Of a stretch of DNA of 64,000 nucleotides, positions 39,219 to 48,241 are shown piece by piece (position 1 is the first letter of the stretch; every line of letters starts with the position of its first letter). Source of the DNA: Allosphingosinicella sp. (lineage in GTDB: Bacteria > Pseudomonadota > Alphaproteobacteria > Sphingomonadales > Sphingomonadaceae); NCBI GenBank assembly GCA_036389015.1, contig DASVQS010000024.1, positions 4,296 through 68,295 of the forward strand, in the 5' to 3' direction. Made by a program: the position numbers and the translations under genes. The notes under the pieces are model-generated. The model was given only the letters and a program-made list of their open reading frames with translations, was not told where the DNA came from and did no database searches.

Positions 39219-40034
39219 ATGGCAATCGTACCTTCGCGAGGGCGTCTGGCCCTCTGGATGGGGCTGCTGGCCTTGATCCCTCCCGGCGCGGCCGCCGGCG
39301 CACCGGCCCGGACGATCACGAAGAGTGAGATCCGTTCGGACCCGCCGCAAGTCACCGATCGAAAGCTCAGGGACGTCTTCTGGAGTATGTTCGCGAGCCA
39401 GGATCATCGCGGAAGGAAGGCTCCGACCCGACGTCTGTCCGGGATGACCTTGCGCACCAAGGCTCAGGCGACGCGGGTGCCGGGCCTTTGCCGCTACGAC
39501 AACGTCCGGATCGAGTTCGAGCCGGTGAAGCCCGGCGACGAGGGACCTGATGCCCCGGTTCGCCCGGTCGGCCTGACCTCGACCTCCCACTTCACCTTCC
39601 TGTCGGCCCCCGCCGCCGAATATGAGGAGGCCCGGCAGGATCGGCTCGGATCCGCCGAGGCCTGCTCCGGACTCCCGGAAGATCAGGCCTTCTTCACCGC
39701 GAGGGACGAGCAGCAGGCGACCGCCGGGTATCGCGCCTGGCTCGCCCTGAGGGAGTCGGTCCGTGCCGGACGCAAGTTTCCGCTGGAGTGCAGTCTTACC
39801 CGTCTCGACACCGGTTCGTGCGAATCCATCATCGCGAATTTCAAGCCCGAACAGCTGGAGGCAGTCGACGCCTGCGAGTCGGAGACGGACATCGTGTGCC
39901 ATGCGCTCTACGTGGGCGATCGGCTCATCAAGGTCAGGACAAGCGGACATGTCTACCCGGGACCGAAGGCCGGGCAACTCGTCAGCGCCAAGCTCGACAC
40001 CCTCATCGTACTGGCGCACGAGATCATCGACTGA
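39219..40034 (+). CDS. Hypothetical secreted protein (about 271 aa, 7 Cys)
   Basis: Part of ORF 39003..40034. ATG 39219 gives MAIVPSRGRLALWMGLLALIPPGAAAGAP (signal-like). I recognise no family motif, and the RBS is weak. Confidence 0.45.
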   Translation: MAIVPSRGRLALWMGLLALIPPGAAAGAPARTITKSEIRSDPPQVTDRKLRDVFWSMFASQDHRGRKAPTRRLSGMTLRTKAQATRVPGLCRYDNVRIEFEPVKPGDEGPDAPVRPVGLTSTSHFTFLSAPAAEYEEARQDRLGSAEACSGLPEDQAFFTARDEQQATAGYRAWLALRESVRAGRKFPLECSLTRLDTGSCESIIANFKPEQLEAVDACESETDIVCHALYVGDRLIKVRTSGHVYPGPKAGQLVSAKLDTLIVLAHEIID

Positions 40035-40035
40035 C

Positions 40036-40122
40036 CGGACAGGGTGGGATTCGAACCCACGGTGGGCGTGAACCCACGGCGGTTTTCAAGACCGCTGCCT
40101 TAAACCACTCGGCCACCTGTCC
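40036..40122 (-). tRNA. tRNA-Ser (anticodon UGA)
   Basis: Minus-strand read: GGACAGGTGGCCGAGTGGTTTAAGGCAGCGGTCTTGAAAACCGCCGTGGGTTCACGCCCACCGTGGGTTCGAATCCCACCCTGTCCG. It has a 7-bp acceptor stem, anticodon loop CTTGAAA, a long variable arm and a GGTTCGAATCC T-loop. Confidence 0.93.
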
Positions 40123-40163
40123 AAGATGGGGGCGGCTCTAGCCCAAAGCTGACACCGCGCAAA

Positions 40164-40285
40164 CTCCCCTCCCTGCAAGGGAGGGGTCGGGGTGGGTTCG
40201 ACGAAGGCGACCGAAACCGGGACTCAGCAAAAGTCTCGCTTCGCTCGCCTGCCCACCCCCGGCCCCTCCCTTGCAGGGAGGGGAG
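40164..40285. repeat. Intergenic palindromic repeat, family B
   Basis: CTCCCCTCCCTGCAAGGGAGGGGTCGGGGTGGG ... CCCACCCCCGGCCCCTCCCTTGCAGGGAGGGGAG. Confidence 0.85.
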
Positions 40286-40364
40286 ACGTGCAACCGGCGC
40301 GGCGAGCCGAGTATCTACGCTTGCCCGCCTGTGGCATCAGGGGCGCCGAGCGGGAGAAGAGTGT

Positions 40365-41408
40365 ATGCGTTTGTCAAAGGGGCTCGTCGGCCTGGCGCTG
40401 GCCGGTGCGATGCTGCCGCTGTCGAGCCCGGCGCCGGCCCAGTCGGGCCTCAGCCAATCGGGCTTCGAGGCCTTTCTGCCCCAGCTCGAGGCCCAGGCCC
40501 GGCGCGCGGGAGTCAGTCCCGGAACGATCGCCAGCGTCTTCCCCAACCTCGTCTTCAGCCCGCGAACGGTCGAGCTCGACCGCGCCCAGCCCGGCGGCAG
40601 GCCGGGAAGCAACGCCAATCCCCCCTTCGCGCCCTATCGCGCCCGCCACGTCTCGCCGGCGCTCATCGCCAAGGGCCAGCGTCATTATGCCGCCAATCTC
40701 GCCCGGCTCCGGGAGATCGGCCGGCGCTATGGAGTGACTCCGTCGGTGCTCGTCGCCATCTGGGGCCACGAGACCAGCTACGGCGCCGTCACCGGCAATT
40801 TCGACCTTCTGAACTCGCTCGCCTCGCTCGCCTACGACGGCCGCAGGCGGCAGCTTTTCTCAGACGAGTTCGTCGCCGCCCTGAAGATGATCGACCGCGG
40901 CGTTCCGAGGAGCCGCCTCCGGGGGAGCTGGGCGGGAGCCACCGGCCATCCGCAATTCCTGCCCTCGGTCTGGCTCCGGCTCGGAGTCGACGGCGACGGC
41001 GACGGCCGGGCCGACATCTGGCGGAGCGAGCCCGACGCGCTCGCCTCGATCGCCAATTACCTCAGCAACGCGGGATGGAGGCCGGGAGTCCCCTGGGGCC
41101 TCGCCGTCCGGGTCCCGCCGGGCCTCGACCGGAGCCGGATCCGCAACACCGTGCGCGCGCCGCGCTGCCCGAAGGTCTTCGAGCGCCACAGCCGCTGGCA
41201 GACGATCGGCGAATGGCGCCGCCTCGGGCTCGTCGCGCCCTACGGCAATTGGCCGAACGACAATGAGATGGCCTCGCTGCTCGAGCCCGACGGCCCCAAC
41301 GCCACGGCCTATCTGCTCACCAGCAACTACCGCACCATCCTCGACTATAATTGCTCCAATTTCTACGCGCTCTCGGTCGGCCTGCTCGCCGACGCGATCG
41401 CAAGGTGA
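40365..41408 (+). CDS. mltB: Lytic murein transglycosylase (MltB/SLT_2 family)
   Basis: 347 aa with a signal peptide. Contains IWGHETSYG...GSWAGATGHPQFLPSVW...DGDGDGRADIW. Confidence 0.85.
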   Translation: MRLSKGLVGLALAGAMLPLSSPAPAQSGLSQSGFEAFLPQLEAQARRAGVSPGTIASVFPNLVFSPRTVELDRAQPGGRPGSNANPPFAPYRARHVSPALIAKGQRHYAANLARLREIGRRYGVTPSVLVAIWGHETSYGAVTGNFDLLNSLASLAYDGRRRQLFSDEFVAALKMIDRGVPRSRLRGSWAGATGHPQFLPSVWLRLGVDGDGDGRADIWRSEPDALASIANYLSNAGWRPGVPWGLAVRVPPGLDRSRIRNTVRAPRCPKVFERHSRWQTIGEWRRLGLVAPYGNWPNDNEMASLLEPDGPNATAYLLTSNYRTILDYNCSNFYALSVGLLADAIAR

Positions 41409-41436
41409 CCGGGAAGGGCGTCGGGCCCGATTGGGT

Positions 41437-41529
41437 TCGTCATGACGGACTTGATCCGGCATCCACCTTCCCTTTTCACGGCAAGGGCGGAAGAAAAGGT
41501 GGACCCCGGATCAAGTCCGGGGTGACGAA
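41437..41529. repeat. Intergenic palindromic repeat, family A variant
   Basis: TTCGTCATGACGGACTTGATCCGGCATCCACCTT ... AAGGTGGACCCCGGATCAAGTCCGGGGTGACGAA. Confidence 0.8.
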
Positions 41530-41601
41530 TTCGAGGCGAGGGGTTAAGCATAAGCCGACGCTCCGGCCGGCCACCTTTAAATCAGAGGAATCGTCTCAAC
41601 C

Positions 41602-42771
41602 ATGATCCGCAAAAGCCTGTTCCTGCTAGCTTTCGCCGCTGCCACGACGCTTCCGGCCACCGCCGCCGCGCCGCCCTTCGAGACGGCCGCGCCGGTCGCC
41701 TACATGGTCGATCTCAGCTCGGGCGCGGTCCTCTACGCCAAGGATGCCGACCGGCGGATCCCGCCGGCGTCGATGGCCAAGATGATGACCGCCCACCTCG
41801 CCTTCCACATGATCAAGCGCGGCGAGGCGAAGCTCGCGCAAATCTGCCAGGTCCGTCCCGAGACCTGGCGCCAGTGGCACGGACCGGCGGCCGGATCGAC
41901 CATGTTCCTGTCCCCCGGCCAGCAGGTCAGCGTCGAGAACCTGCTTCACGGCATCGTCACTTTGTCCGGCAACGACGCCACCGTCGTCCTCGCCGAATGC
42001 CTCGCCGGCACCGAGCCGGCCTTCGCCGCTCTTATGAACGCCGAGGCCAAGCGGCTGGGGATGGCCAATTCGAATTTCGGCAACACCAACGGCTGGCCCG
42101 ACGAAGGCGTCACCTTCACCACCGCCCGCGATCTCGCCAGGCTCGCCTCCGCGACCATCGAGGAGACTCCGGACCTCTACAAGAAATTCTACCAGGTGAA
42201 GGAATTCACCTGGGGCCAGACTCTCGGCGCCGGAGCTCCGATCACCCAGGCCAACCGCAACCCGCTGCTCGGCCGGGTGCCCGGCGCAGACGGGCTCAAG
42301 ACCGGCCATACCGCCGAGGCGGGCTACGGCTTCACCGGGTCGGCGGAGCAGGGCGGACGGCGGATCATCATGGTCGTCGCCGGCCTAGGCAGCTTCAACC
42401 AGAGAATCGAGGAATCGGTCAAGTTCATGGACTGGGGCTTCCGCGCCTGGAAGTCGCAGCCCTTGTTCAAGCAGAACGAGAAGGTCGCCGAGGCCCGGGT
42501 CCAGGGCGGCGGGGACGACACGGTTCCGCTGGTCGCCCCGCGCAGCATCGCCGTCACCCTGCCCGCGGGCGCGGCGGGCAGCATCCGGGCCAAGGTGGTC
42601 TACGATGGACCGATCAAGGCGCCGATCGCCAAGGGCGCTCACGTCGCCGATCTCGTCGTCTCCACCCCGGACACGCCGCCTCAGACCATGCCCCTGGTCG
42701 CCGCCGAGGCGGTCGGCGAGGCCGGCTTCTTCGGCCGGATCTGGAACGGCCTGACGTCGCTGTTCGGCTGA
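41602..42771 (+). CDS. D-alanyl-D-alanine carboxypeptidase (PBP5/6 class)
   Basis: 389 aa with a signal peptide, SMAK (SxxK), SGND and KTGHT motifs. Confidence 0.9.
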   Translation: MIRKSLFLLAFAAATTLPATAAAPPFETAAPVAYMVDLSSGAVLYAKDADRRIPPASMAKMMTAHLAFHMIKRGEAKLAQICQVRPETWRQWHGPAAGSTMFLSPGQQVSVENLLHGIVTLSGNDATVVLAECLAGTEPAFAALMNAEAKRLGMANSNFGNTNGWPDEGVTFTTARDLARLASATIEETPDLYKKFYQVKEFTWGQTLGAGAPITQANRNPLLGRVPGADGLKTGHTAEAGYGFTGSAEQGGRRIIMVVAGLGSFNQRIEESVKFMDWGFRAWKSQPLFKQNEKVAEARVQGGGDDTVPLVAPRSIAVTLPAGAAGSIRAKVVYDGPIKAPIAKGAHVADLVVSTPDTPPQTMPLVAAEAVGEAGFFGRIWNGLTSLFG

Positions 42772-42772
42772 G

Positions 42773-43396
42773 GTGAGCGGGCGCTTCATCAGCCTCGAAG
42801 GCGGCGAGGGCGCCGGCAAGTCGACCCAGCTCAAGGCGCTGGCCGAGGCGCTTCGCGGCCGCGGCCTGGAGGTGGTCGAGACCCGCGAGCCGGGAGGAAG
42901 CCCGGGCGCGGAGGCGATCCGCAAGCTCCTGCTCGAGGGCGGCGACGATCGCTGGACTCCCGAGGGCGAAGCGCTCCTGTTCGCCGCCGCCCGGGCCGAT
43001 CATGTCGCGCGCACGATCCGGCCGGCCCTGGAGCGGGGCGCGTGGGTGATCAGCGACCGCTTCCTCGACAGCTCGCTCGCCTATCAGGGCGGCGCGGCCG
43101 GAGTCGGCGTGGAGGCGGTGCGCGCCCTGCACAACATCGGCAGCCGCGGCTTCCTGCCCGATCGAACCCTACTCCTCGAGCTTTCGCCGCAGGCGATGAG
43201 CGAGCGGCTGAGGGTGCGCGACCCCGACGGCTCGGACCGGATCGGCGGTCGGGGCGGGGGCTTCCACGACCGGGTCGCCGCCGCCTTCGCCGCCCTCGCC
43301 GAGGCGGAGCCGGATCGCTTCCGGCGGATCGAGGCCGGCGGGTCGGCCGAGGAGGTGACGGCAAGGCTGCTCGCCGCCGTCGAGGATCTGCTGTGA
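42773..43396 (+). CDS. tmk: dTMP kinase
   Basis: 207 aa, GTG start. FISLEGGEGAGKSTQ...TREPGG...DRFLDSSLAYQG. Confidence 0.93.
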   Translation: MSGRFISLEGGEGAGKSTQLKALAEALRGRGLEVVETREPGGSPGAEAIRKLLLEGGDDRWTPEGEALLFAAARADHVARTIRPALERGAWVISDRFLDSSLAYQGGAAGVGVEAVRALHNIGSRGFLPDRTLLLELSPQAMSERLRVRDPDGSDRIGGRGGGFHDRVAAAFAALAEAEPDRFRRIEAGGSAEEVTARLLAAVEDLL

Positions 43397-43571
43397 GTCT
43401 GGCGGAGATACGCAGTTCCTGCTATGTTCTGTCCATGGGACAAGCCGAGGACATCACCGCCACGAACCTCCGCGCCGGCGCTCGACAGGCGCCGAAGGTC
43501 ACAAGTTCGCGCGGCTCTCGGTTACCCTCAACTTCCTCAACTTATTCTCGCGATCGACGCTTGCCGGCATC

Positions 43572-44564
43572 ATGGAGCGTGCCGCGATGACCCCCCTCTA
43601 CGGCCACGATTCCGCCGTCGCTGCCTTCCGCGAGTCGCACGATTCGGGCCGGCTCCACCACGCCTGGCTGATCTCGGGGCCGGAAGGGGTCGGCAAGGCC
43701 CTGTTCGCGGCCAAGGCGGCGCTTCGAGTGCTCGCCCAGGGGCAGGGGAGGGTGGAGGCGCCCGGGCTCGACGTTCCCGACGATCATCCGGCCGCCCGGC
43801 TCGCCGCCGCGGGGAGCCATCCCGATCTGATGAAGCTCGAACGGCTGCCCAGGGAGAACAGCTCGACCGGCGAGCTCGCGCGAAGCATCAGCGTCGACCA
43901 GGTCCGCTCGCTGCAGCGGCTGTTCAACACCACCGCCTCGCTCTCCCCCTGGCGGGCGGTGATCGTCGATTCGATCGACGACCTCGAACGCAACGCCGCC
44001 AACGCCCTGCTCAAGAATCTCGAGGAGCCGCCGCCGAGCAGCGTCTTCTTCCTCGTCAGCCATGCCCCTGAGCGGCTTCTCCCCACGATCCGCTCGCGCT
44101 GCCGCCCCCTTCGGCTCTCGAGCCTCGACGGCGACGCCATGACGTCAGCCCTGCGCTCCGCCCTGCCCGACGCGGACGAGAAGGAAATCAAGGACTTGAC
44201 CGCCGCCGGCAACGGCTCGCCGGGGCGCGCTCTGGCCTGGCGCGGGCTCGACGTCGCCGGCCTCGACCGGGCCATGGGCGACCTCGTCCGGAAAGGCGAT
44301 CCCGGCAACGCCCGGCGGAGCGCGCTCGCCCAGAGCCTCGCCCTGAAATCGGCCCAGCCCCGCTATGAAGCCTTCCTGGCCCGGGCTCCCTCGGTGATCG
44401 CCGCCGAAGCCAGGGGACGGCGCGGCCCGGCGCTGGCCGAGGCGCTTCGGACGTGGGAACGGGCCCAGGGCCTCGCCGCCAGCGCCCGCGGACTCTCGCT
44501 TGAGCCCGAAAGCGTGGTGTTCGAGCTCGCCGGCATGCTCGCATCGCTGGCGCCGACCCGCTAA
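43572..44564 (+). CDS. holB: DNA polymerase III delta-prime subunit
   Basis: 330 aa. HHAWLISGPEGVGKALFA...NALLKNLEEPP...SRC. The alternative start is ATG 43587. Confidence 0.85.
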   Translation: MERAAMTPLYGHDSAVAAFRESHDSGRLHHAWLISGPEGVGKALFAAKAALRVLAQGQGRVEAPGLDVPDDHPAARLAAAGSHPDLMKLERLPRENSSTGELARSISVDQVRSLQRLFNTTASLSPWRAVIVDSIDDLERNAANALLKNLEEPPPSSVFFLVSHAPERLLPTIRSRCRPLRLSSLDGDAMTSALRSALPDADEKEIKDLTAAGNGSPGRALAWRGLDVAGLDRAMGDLVRKGDPGNARRSALAQSLALKSAQPRYEAFLARAPSVIAAEARGRRGPALAEALRTWERAQGLAASARGLSLEPESVVFELAGMLASLAPTR

Positions 44565-44573
44565 GGGCTTCGG

Positions 44574-46136
44574 ATGGCCGAGCCTTTCTACATTACCACC
44601 GCGATCAACTATCCCAACGGGCCGCCCCATATCGGCCACGCCTACGAGGCCGTCGCCACCGACGTCATCGCCCGCTTCCAGCGCGCCATGGGCCGCGACG
44701 TCTTCTTCCAGACCGGGACCGACGAGCATGGCCTGAAAATGGCCCAGGCGGCCCGCGAAAGGGGAGTATCGCCGGGCCGGCTCGCCGATGAGATGTCCTC
44801 CATTTTCAGGAAGATGGACGAACAGCTTCAGATTTCGTTCGATCGTTTCATCCGGACCACCGAGCCGGCCCACCACCGCGCCAGCCAGGAGATCTGGCGG
44901 GCGATGGCTCAGAAAGGCGACCTCTATCTCGGCCGCTACGAGGGCTGGTACTCGGTTCGCGACGAGGCTTATTACGACGAAAGCGAGCTGGTCGACGGGG
45001 CCGACGGCGGCAGGCTGTCGCCGCAGGGGACCGCGGTCGAATGGACGGTCGAGGAGAGCTGGTTCTTCCGCCTCTCCGCCTATCAGGAGGAGCTGCTCGC
45101 CCATTACCGCAACAACCCCGGCTTCATCCGCCCCGAATCCCGCCGCAACGAGGTGCTCCGATTCGTCGAGGGCGGCCTGTCGGACCTCTCCGTCTCGCGG
45201 ACCAGCTTCGACTGGGGGGTCAAGGTCCCGAGCGACGAGCGCCACGTCATGTACGTCTGGCTCGACGCGCTCACCAACTATCTGACCGGCGTCGGCTATC
45301 CCGACACGCATTCAGACACTTACAAGCGGTTCTGGCCGGCCGATCTCCACGTCATCGGCAAGGACGTGGTGCGCTTCCACGCCGTCTACTGGCCGGCCTT
45401 CCTGATGTCGGCGGGGATCGAGCTTCCCAAACAGGTGTTCGGCCACGGCCACGTCCTCCTTCGCGGCGAGAAGATGTCCAAATCGGCCGGCAACGTGATC
45501 GCTCCGGCGGAGCTGATCGAGGCGTTCGGCGCCGACGCGGTCCGCTATTTCCTGATGCGCGACGTCACCTTCGGGCAGGACGGAAGCTACAGCCCCGAGG
45601 CGATCGTCGCGCGGGTCAATGCCGATCTCGCCAACAGCTTCGGCAACCTCGCGCAGCGCACCTTGTCCTTCATCGCCAAGAATTGCGGCGGAGTGCTGCC
45701 AGGCGGCGGGCGAGGGGACGGGGCGGATTCCGAGCTGCTCGATCTGGTCCGTCGAACCACCGCTCACGACGTTCCCGCCCTGTTCGCCGAGCTCTCGCTC
45801 AGCCAGGGGATCGAGGCCTGGATCCGCGCCGTCTTCGCCTGCAACCAATATATAGACGCCCAGGCGCCCTGGGCGCTGCGCAAGACCGATCCCGAGCGGA
45901 TGGCGGCCGTCCTCGCCACCTTGTGCGAGGCCATCGTCGACCTCGCCATCGCCATCGCTCCGGTCGTCCCGGCTTCCGCGGCGAAGCTGCTCGACCAGAT
46001 GGGCGTTCCCGAGCGTGAGCGCGACTTCACCATCCTGTCCGATACAGGACGCTACGCGCGCCTCGCAGCCTCCGGCTTCACCCTGGCGGCGCCGACTCCT
46101 ATTTTCCCGCGGCTGGAGTTGCCGGCGGAGGGATAG
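44574..46136 (+). CDS. metG: Methionyl-tRNA synthetase
   Basis: 520 aa. YITTAINYPNGPPHIGHAYE (HIGH) and KMSKSAGN (KMSKS). Confidence 0.96.
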   Translation: MAEPFYITTAINYPNGPPHIGHAYEAVATDVIARFQRAMGRDVFFQTGTDEHGLKMAQAARERGVSPGRLADEMSSIFRKMDEQLQISFDRFIRTTEPAHHRASQEIWRAMAQKGDLYLGRYEGWYSVRDEAYYDESELVDGADGGRLSPQGTAVEWTVEESWFFRLSAYQEELLAHYRNNPGFIRPESRRNEVLRFVEGGLSDLSVSRTSFDWGVKVPSDERHVMYVWLDALTNYLTGVGYPDTHSDTYKRFWPADLHVIGKDVVRFHAVYWPAFLMSAGIELPKQVFGHGHVLLRGEKMSKSAGNVIAPAELIEAFGADAVRYFLMRDVTFGQDGSYSPEAIVARVNADLANSFGNLAQRTLSFIAKNCGGVLPGGGRGDGADSELLDLVRRTTAHDVPALFAELSLSQGIEAWIRAVFACNQYIDAQAPWALRKTDPERMAAVLATLCEAIVDLAIAIAPVVPASAAKLLDQMGVPERERDFTILSDTGRYARLAASGFTLAAPTPIFPRLELPAEG

Positions 46137-46467
46137 CGGCGGCCGGCTTGGGCAGGGCCTGGGGCGTGTCCGGGGCGTCCGTCCGCTTCACCTTGGTCAG
46201 CCGCTGTCCGCTCTTGAGGATGAGCTGGCAGGTCTGCTCGCCCTCGCAGGCGATGATCGTGCCCTTGCGCATGTCGACCCGGACGATCTTCTCTCCGACG
46301 GCGAAGGCGTCGAAGCGCGGCGGTCCCGGCCGGGCGTAGACGGCGAGGCCGACGATCGCTCCGGCGATGACGATTCCCGTCGTGATCTTGCCGACCGCGC
46401 CGTCGATGGCCTCGCCCAGCTTGGGCGAGCGCGACTCGGATAAGGCATCGAAGCGGTCGTCGGTCAT
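46099..46467 (-). CDS. Hypothetical single-pass membrane protein
   Basis: 122 aa. The central segment is hydrophobic (ITTGIVIAGAIVGLAVYA) and the tail is Pro/Ala-rich. Its 3' end overlaps the metG 3' end (convergent). Confidence 0.45.
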   Translation of the reverse strand: MTDDRFDALSESRSPKLGEAIDGAVGKITTGIVIAGAIVGLAVYARPGPPRFDAFAVGEKIVRVDMRKGTIIACEGEQTCQLILKSGQRLTKVKRTDAPDTPQALPKPAAAIPPPATPAAGK

Positions 46468-46548
46468 GGCGCTCTCCCAGGCTGGCCGGACCAGTCTAGC
46501 GGATGGAAGACCGTCCCGTAACCGCTCCCTTCATGACTTTGGGGGACA

Positions 46549-47397
46549 TCAATAGGCGTCGAAATCCACTCCGCGAAAAACCACCCGGCTCGGATCGGGC
46601 ACGAAGCCGCCGCCGGTCAGGTCCCTGTAGACGAGGTTCAGGGGCGAGGGGCGAAGGCGCATCGGAATGGTCAGGAAAGCCGAGGCCTTCCAGTCGATGT
46701 CCGGGTCGAGCCCGAGCCAGAGCCGAAGCGGTCCCGGGCTCCGGCGAAGGGCCGGTCCGATTTCGCCGCCGGCATCCTGGTGAAGGATGGCGCGAAGGCC
46801 GGAAAGGCCCGTGGCCGAGAGGATCGCCGATTGGCCGGCGGCGCGCGCGCTCGAATATCGGGCCTCCGGATTGGCCACCCGCCAGCGCAGCGCCGCCTCG
46901 CTCCAGGTCCTCTCGAAGCTGGGCCGGTCCGCGGGCTCGCGGCGGCGCGGCAGGCCGAGGCCGATGCGCGCGTCGAGCGGCCGGATCATCCGGAATCGGG
47001 TGAGCAGAGGGCCGGTGCTCCATTTGTTGCCGGTGCCCAGGCAGAAAGCGTAGCCGAGGCGCTCAGCCTCCTCGAACATCGCCGCGCTGATCCGGCTCTG
47101 CAGCCGCCGGCCGCGATGCGCCGGGTGGATGGCGCCGTTCACCATGTACATGCCGCGCCGGTCCTCGCCCTCGAGGCGGCCCGGAAAGACGATCGCGGCC
47201 ATGTGGCCGACCAGCTCGTCGCCGGCGAAGGCGTTGCAGCCGACCGCCTTGCCGTCGGGATTGCCGCCATAATGCCATTCGAGGTAGCGCGCGGTGAGGT
47301 GCTTCGCCTTGGGGAAGACCGTCCGAAGCAGGTTCGACACCCGGGCATAGCCGGCGGCATCGTGTTCGAGCAGCTCGAAGCGATATTCGTCAGCCAT
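46549..47397 (-). CDS. GNAT-fold acyltransferase (about 282 aa, two-lobed; a FemAB-like role is possible)
   Basis: Part of ORF 46549..47442. Start MADEYRFELLEHD at 47397, overlapping the deacetylase stop by 8 nt. Motif A is IHPAHRGRRLQSRISAAMFEEAERLGY. Confidence 0.7.
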   Translation of the reverse strand: MADEYRFELLEHDAAGYARVSNLLRTVFPKAKHLTARYLEWHYGGNPDGKAVGCNAFAGDELVGHMAAIVFPGRLEGEDRRGMYMVNGAIHPAHRGRRLQSRISAAMFEEAERLGYAFCLGTGNKWSTGPLLTRFRMIRPLDARIGLGLPRRREPADRPSFERTWSEAALRWRVANPEARYSSARAAGQSAILSATGLSGLRAILHQDAGGEIGPALRRSPGPLRLWLGLDPDIDWKASAFLTIPMRLRPSPLNLVYRDLTGGGFVPDPSRVVFRGVDFDAY

Positions 47398-48241
47398 TCG
47401 CGCCTCGCCGCGAGCGCAGCGCTTCGCCGACGCCCTGCGCATAAGGTCCGTAGGCGGCGAAGGCGAAACCCAGCGACCTGGCCATCTCGAGCCTCGGCAG
47501 GACCGAATTCCGGTTGGCCCGCATCAGCAGGTCGAACGGGCCCCAGCGCCGGAAGCCGGCATGGGTGAAGCCTTGCTCCGTGTCGAGGTCGTAGGGGTGG
47601 TGATAGCTCGCCACCGCCTCGCCGCCCCGGAAGCGGACCGCCAGGGCCCGGCGCAGGATGGAGCGGGGAAGCACGCGAAAATAGAGGCCGCCGACCGGAA
47701 CCGGAAGCAGCCGGAAGGGAAGCAGAGTCACCGGAAGCTCGACGACGCCCTCGATCAGGCGCGGCACGGTGCCGAAGCCGGCATCGCCGTACAGCGGGCT
47801 TCGCGCCGGGAGCACCGAGCTCGAATAAGCGAAGCCGAGTTCGGCGAGCTTCTCATAGACCCAGCCCGTCTGCGCCGTCAGCGAGAAGCAGGGCGCGCGA
47901 TAGCCCCTGATCGCGCCGCCTCCGGCCGAGCCCAGAGCGTCGAGGTTGCGCATCAGGTCGTCGCGGAAGCGCCCCCGTCCGAGCCGGTCGAGCGGAACGT
48001 GCGCGTCGGAATGGCAAGCCAGCTCATGGCCCTCGGCCGCGATCCTGGCGACGACCTCGGGGTGGCGGCGGGCGACCTCGCCGACGACGAAGAAGGTGGC
48101 CTTGCCGCCATGCCGGCGCAGGAAATCGAGATAGACCTCGACCAGCGCCGGCACTCGCGGCGGCAGGCTCTCGCCGCCCGGCAGATCGAGGCGCGGATCC
48201 TCGACGTCGACGCTGAACAAATAGGGGAGGGTGCCGGTCAT
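47390..48241 (-). CDS. Polysaccharide deacetylase, NodB fold (DUF3473-like, SVDVED-type N-terminus)
   Basis: C-terminal part of ORF 47390..50281. ATG 48241 overlaps the upstream stop (ATGA); the alternative is ATG 48253. MTGTLPYLFSVDVEDPRL...KATFFVVGEVARRHPEVVARIAAEGHELACHSDAH...YRAPCFS. Confidence 0.8.
   Translation of the reverse strand: MTGTLPYLFSVDVEDPRLDLPGGESLPPRVPALVEVYLDFLRRHGGKATFFVVGEVARRHPEVVARIAAEGHELACHSDAHVPLDRLGRGRFRDDLMRNLDALGSAGGGAIRGYRAPCFSLTAQTGWVYEKLAELGFAYSSSVLPARSPLYGDAGFGTVPRLIEGVVELPVTLLPFRLLPVPVGGLYFRVLPRSILRRALAVRFRGGEAVASYHHPYDLDTEQGFTHAGFRRWGPFDLLMRANRNSVLPRLEMARSLGFAFAAYGPYAQGVGEALRSRRGANG

Noticed and set aside
40036-40292. tRNA-Ser as the attachment site of an integrated element or genomic island
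   Set aside because: There is no integrase, excisionase or phage/ICE gene on either side. I could not find a direct repeat of the tRNA 3' end nearby. The flanking genes are ordinary core functions (gcdH, mltB).
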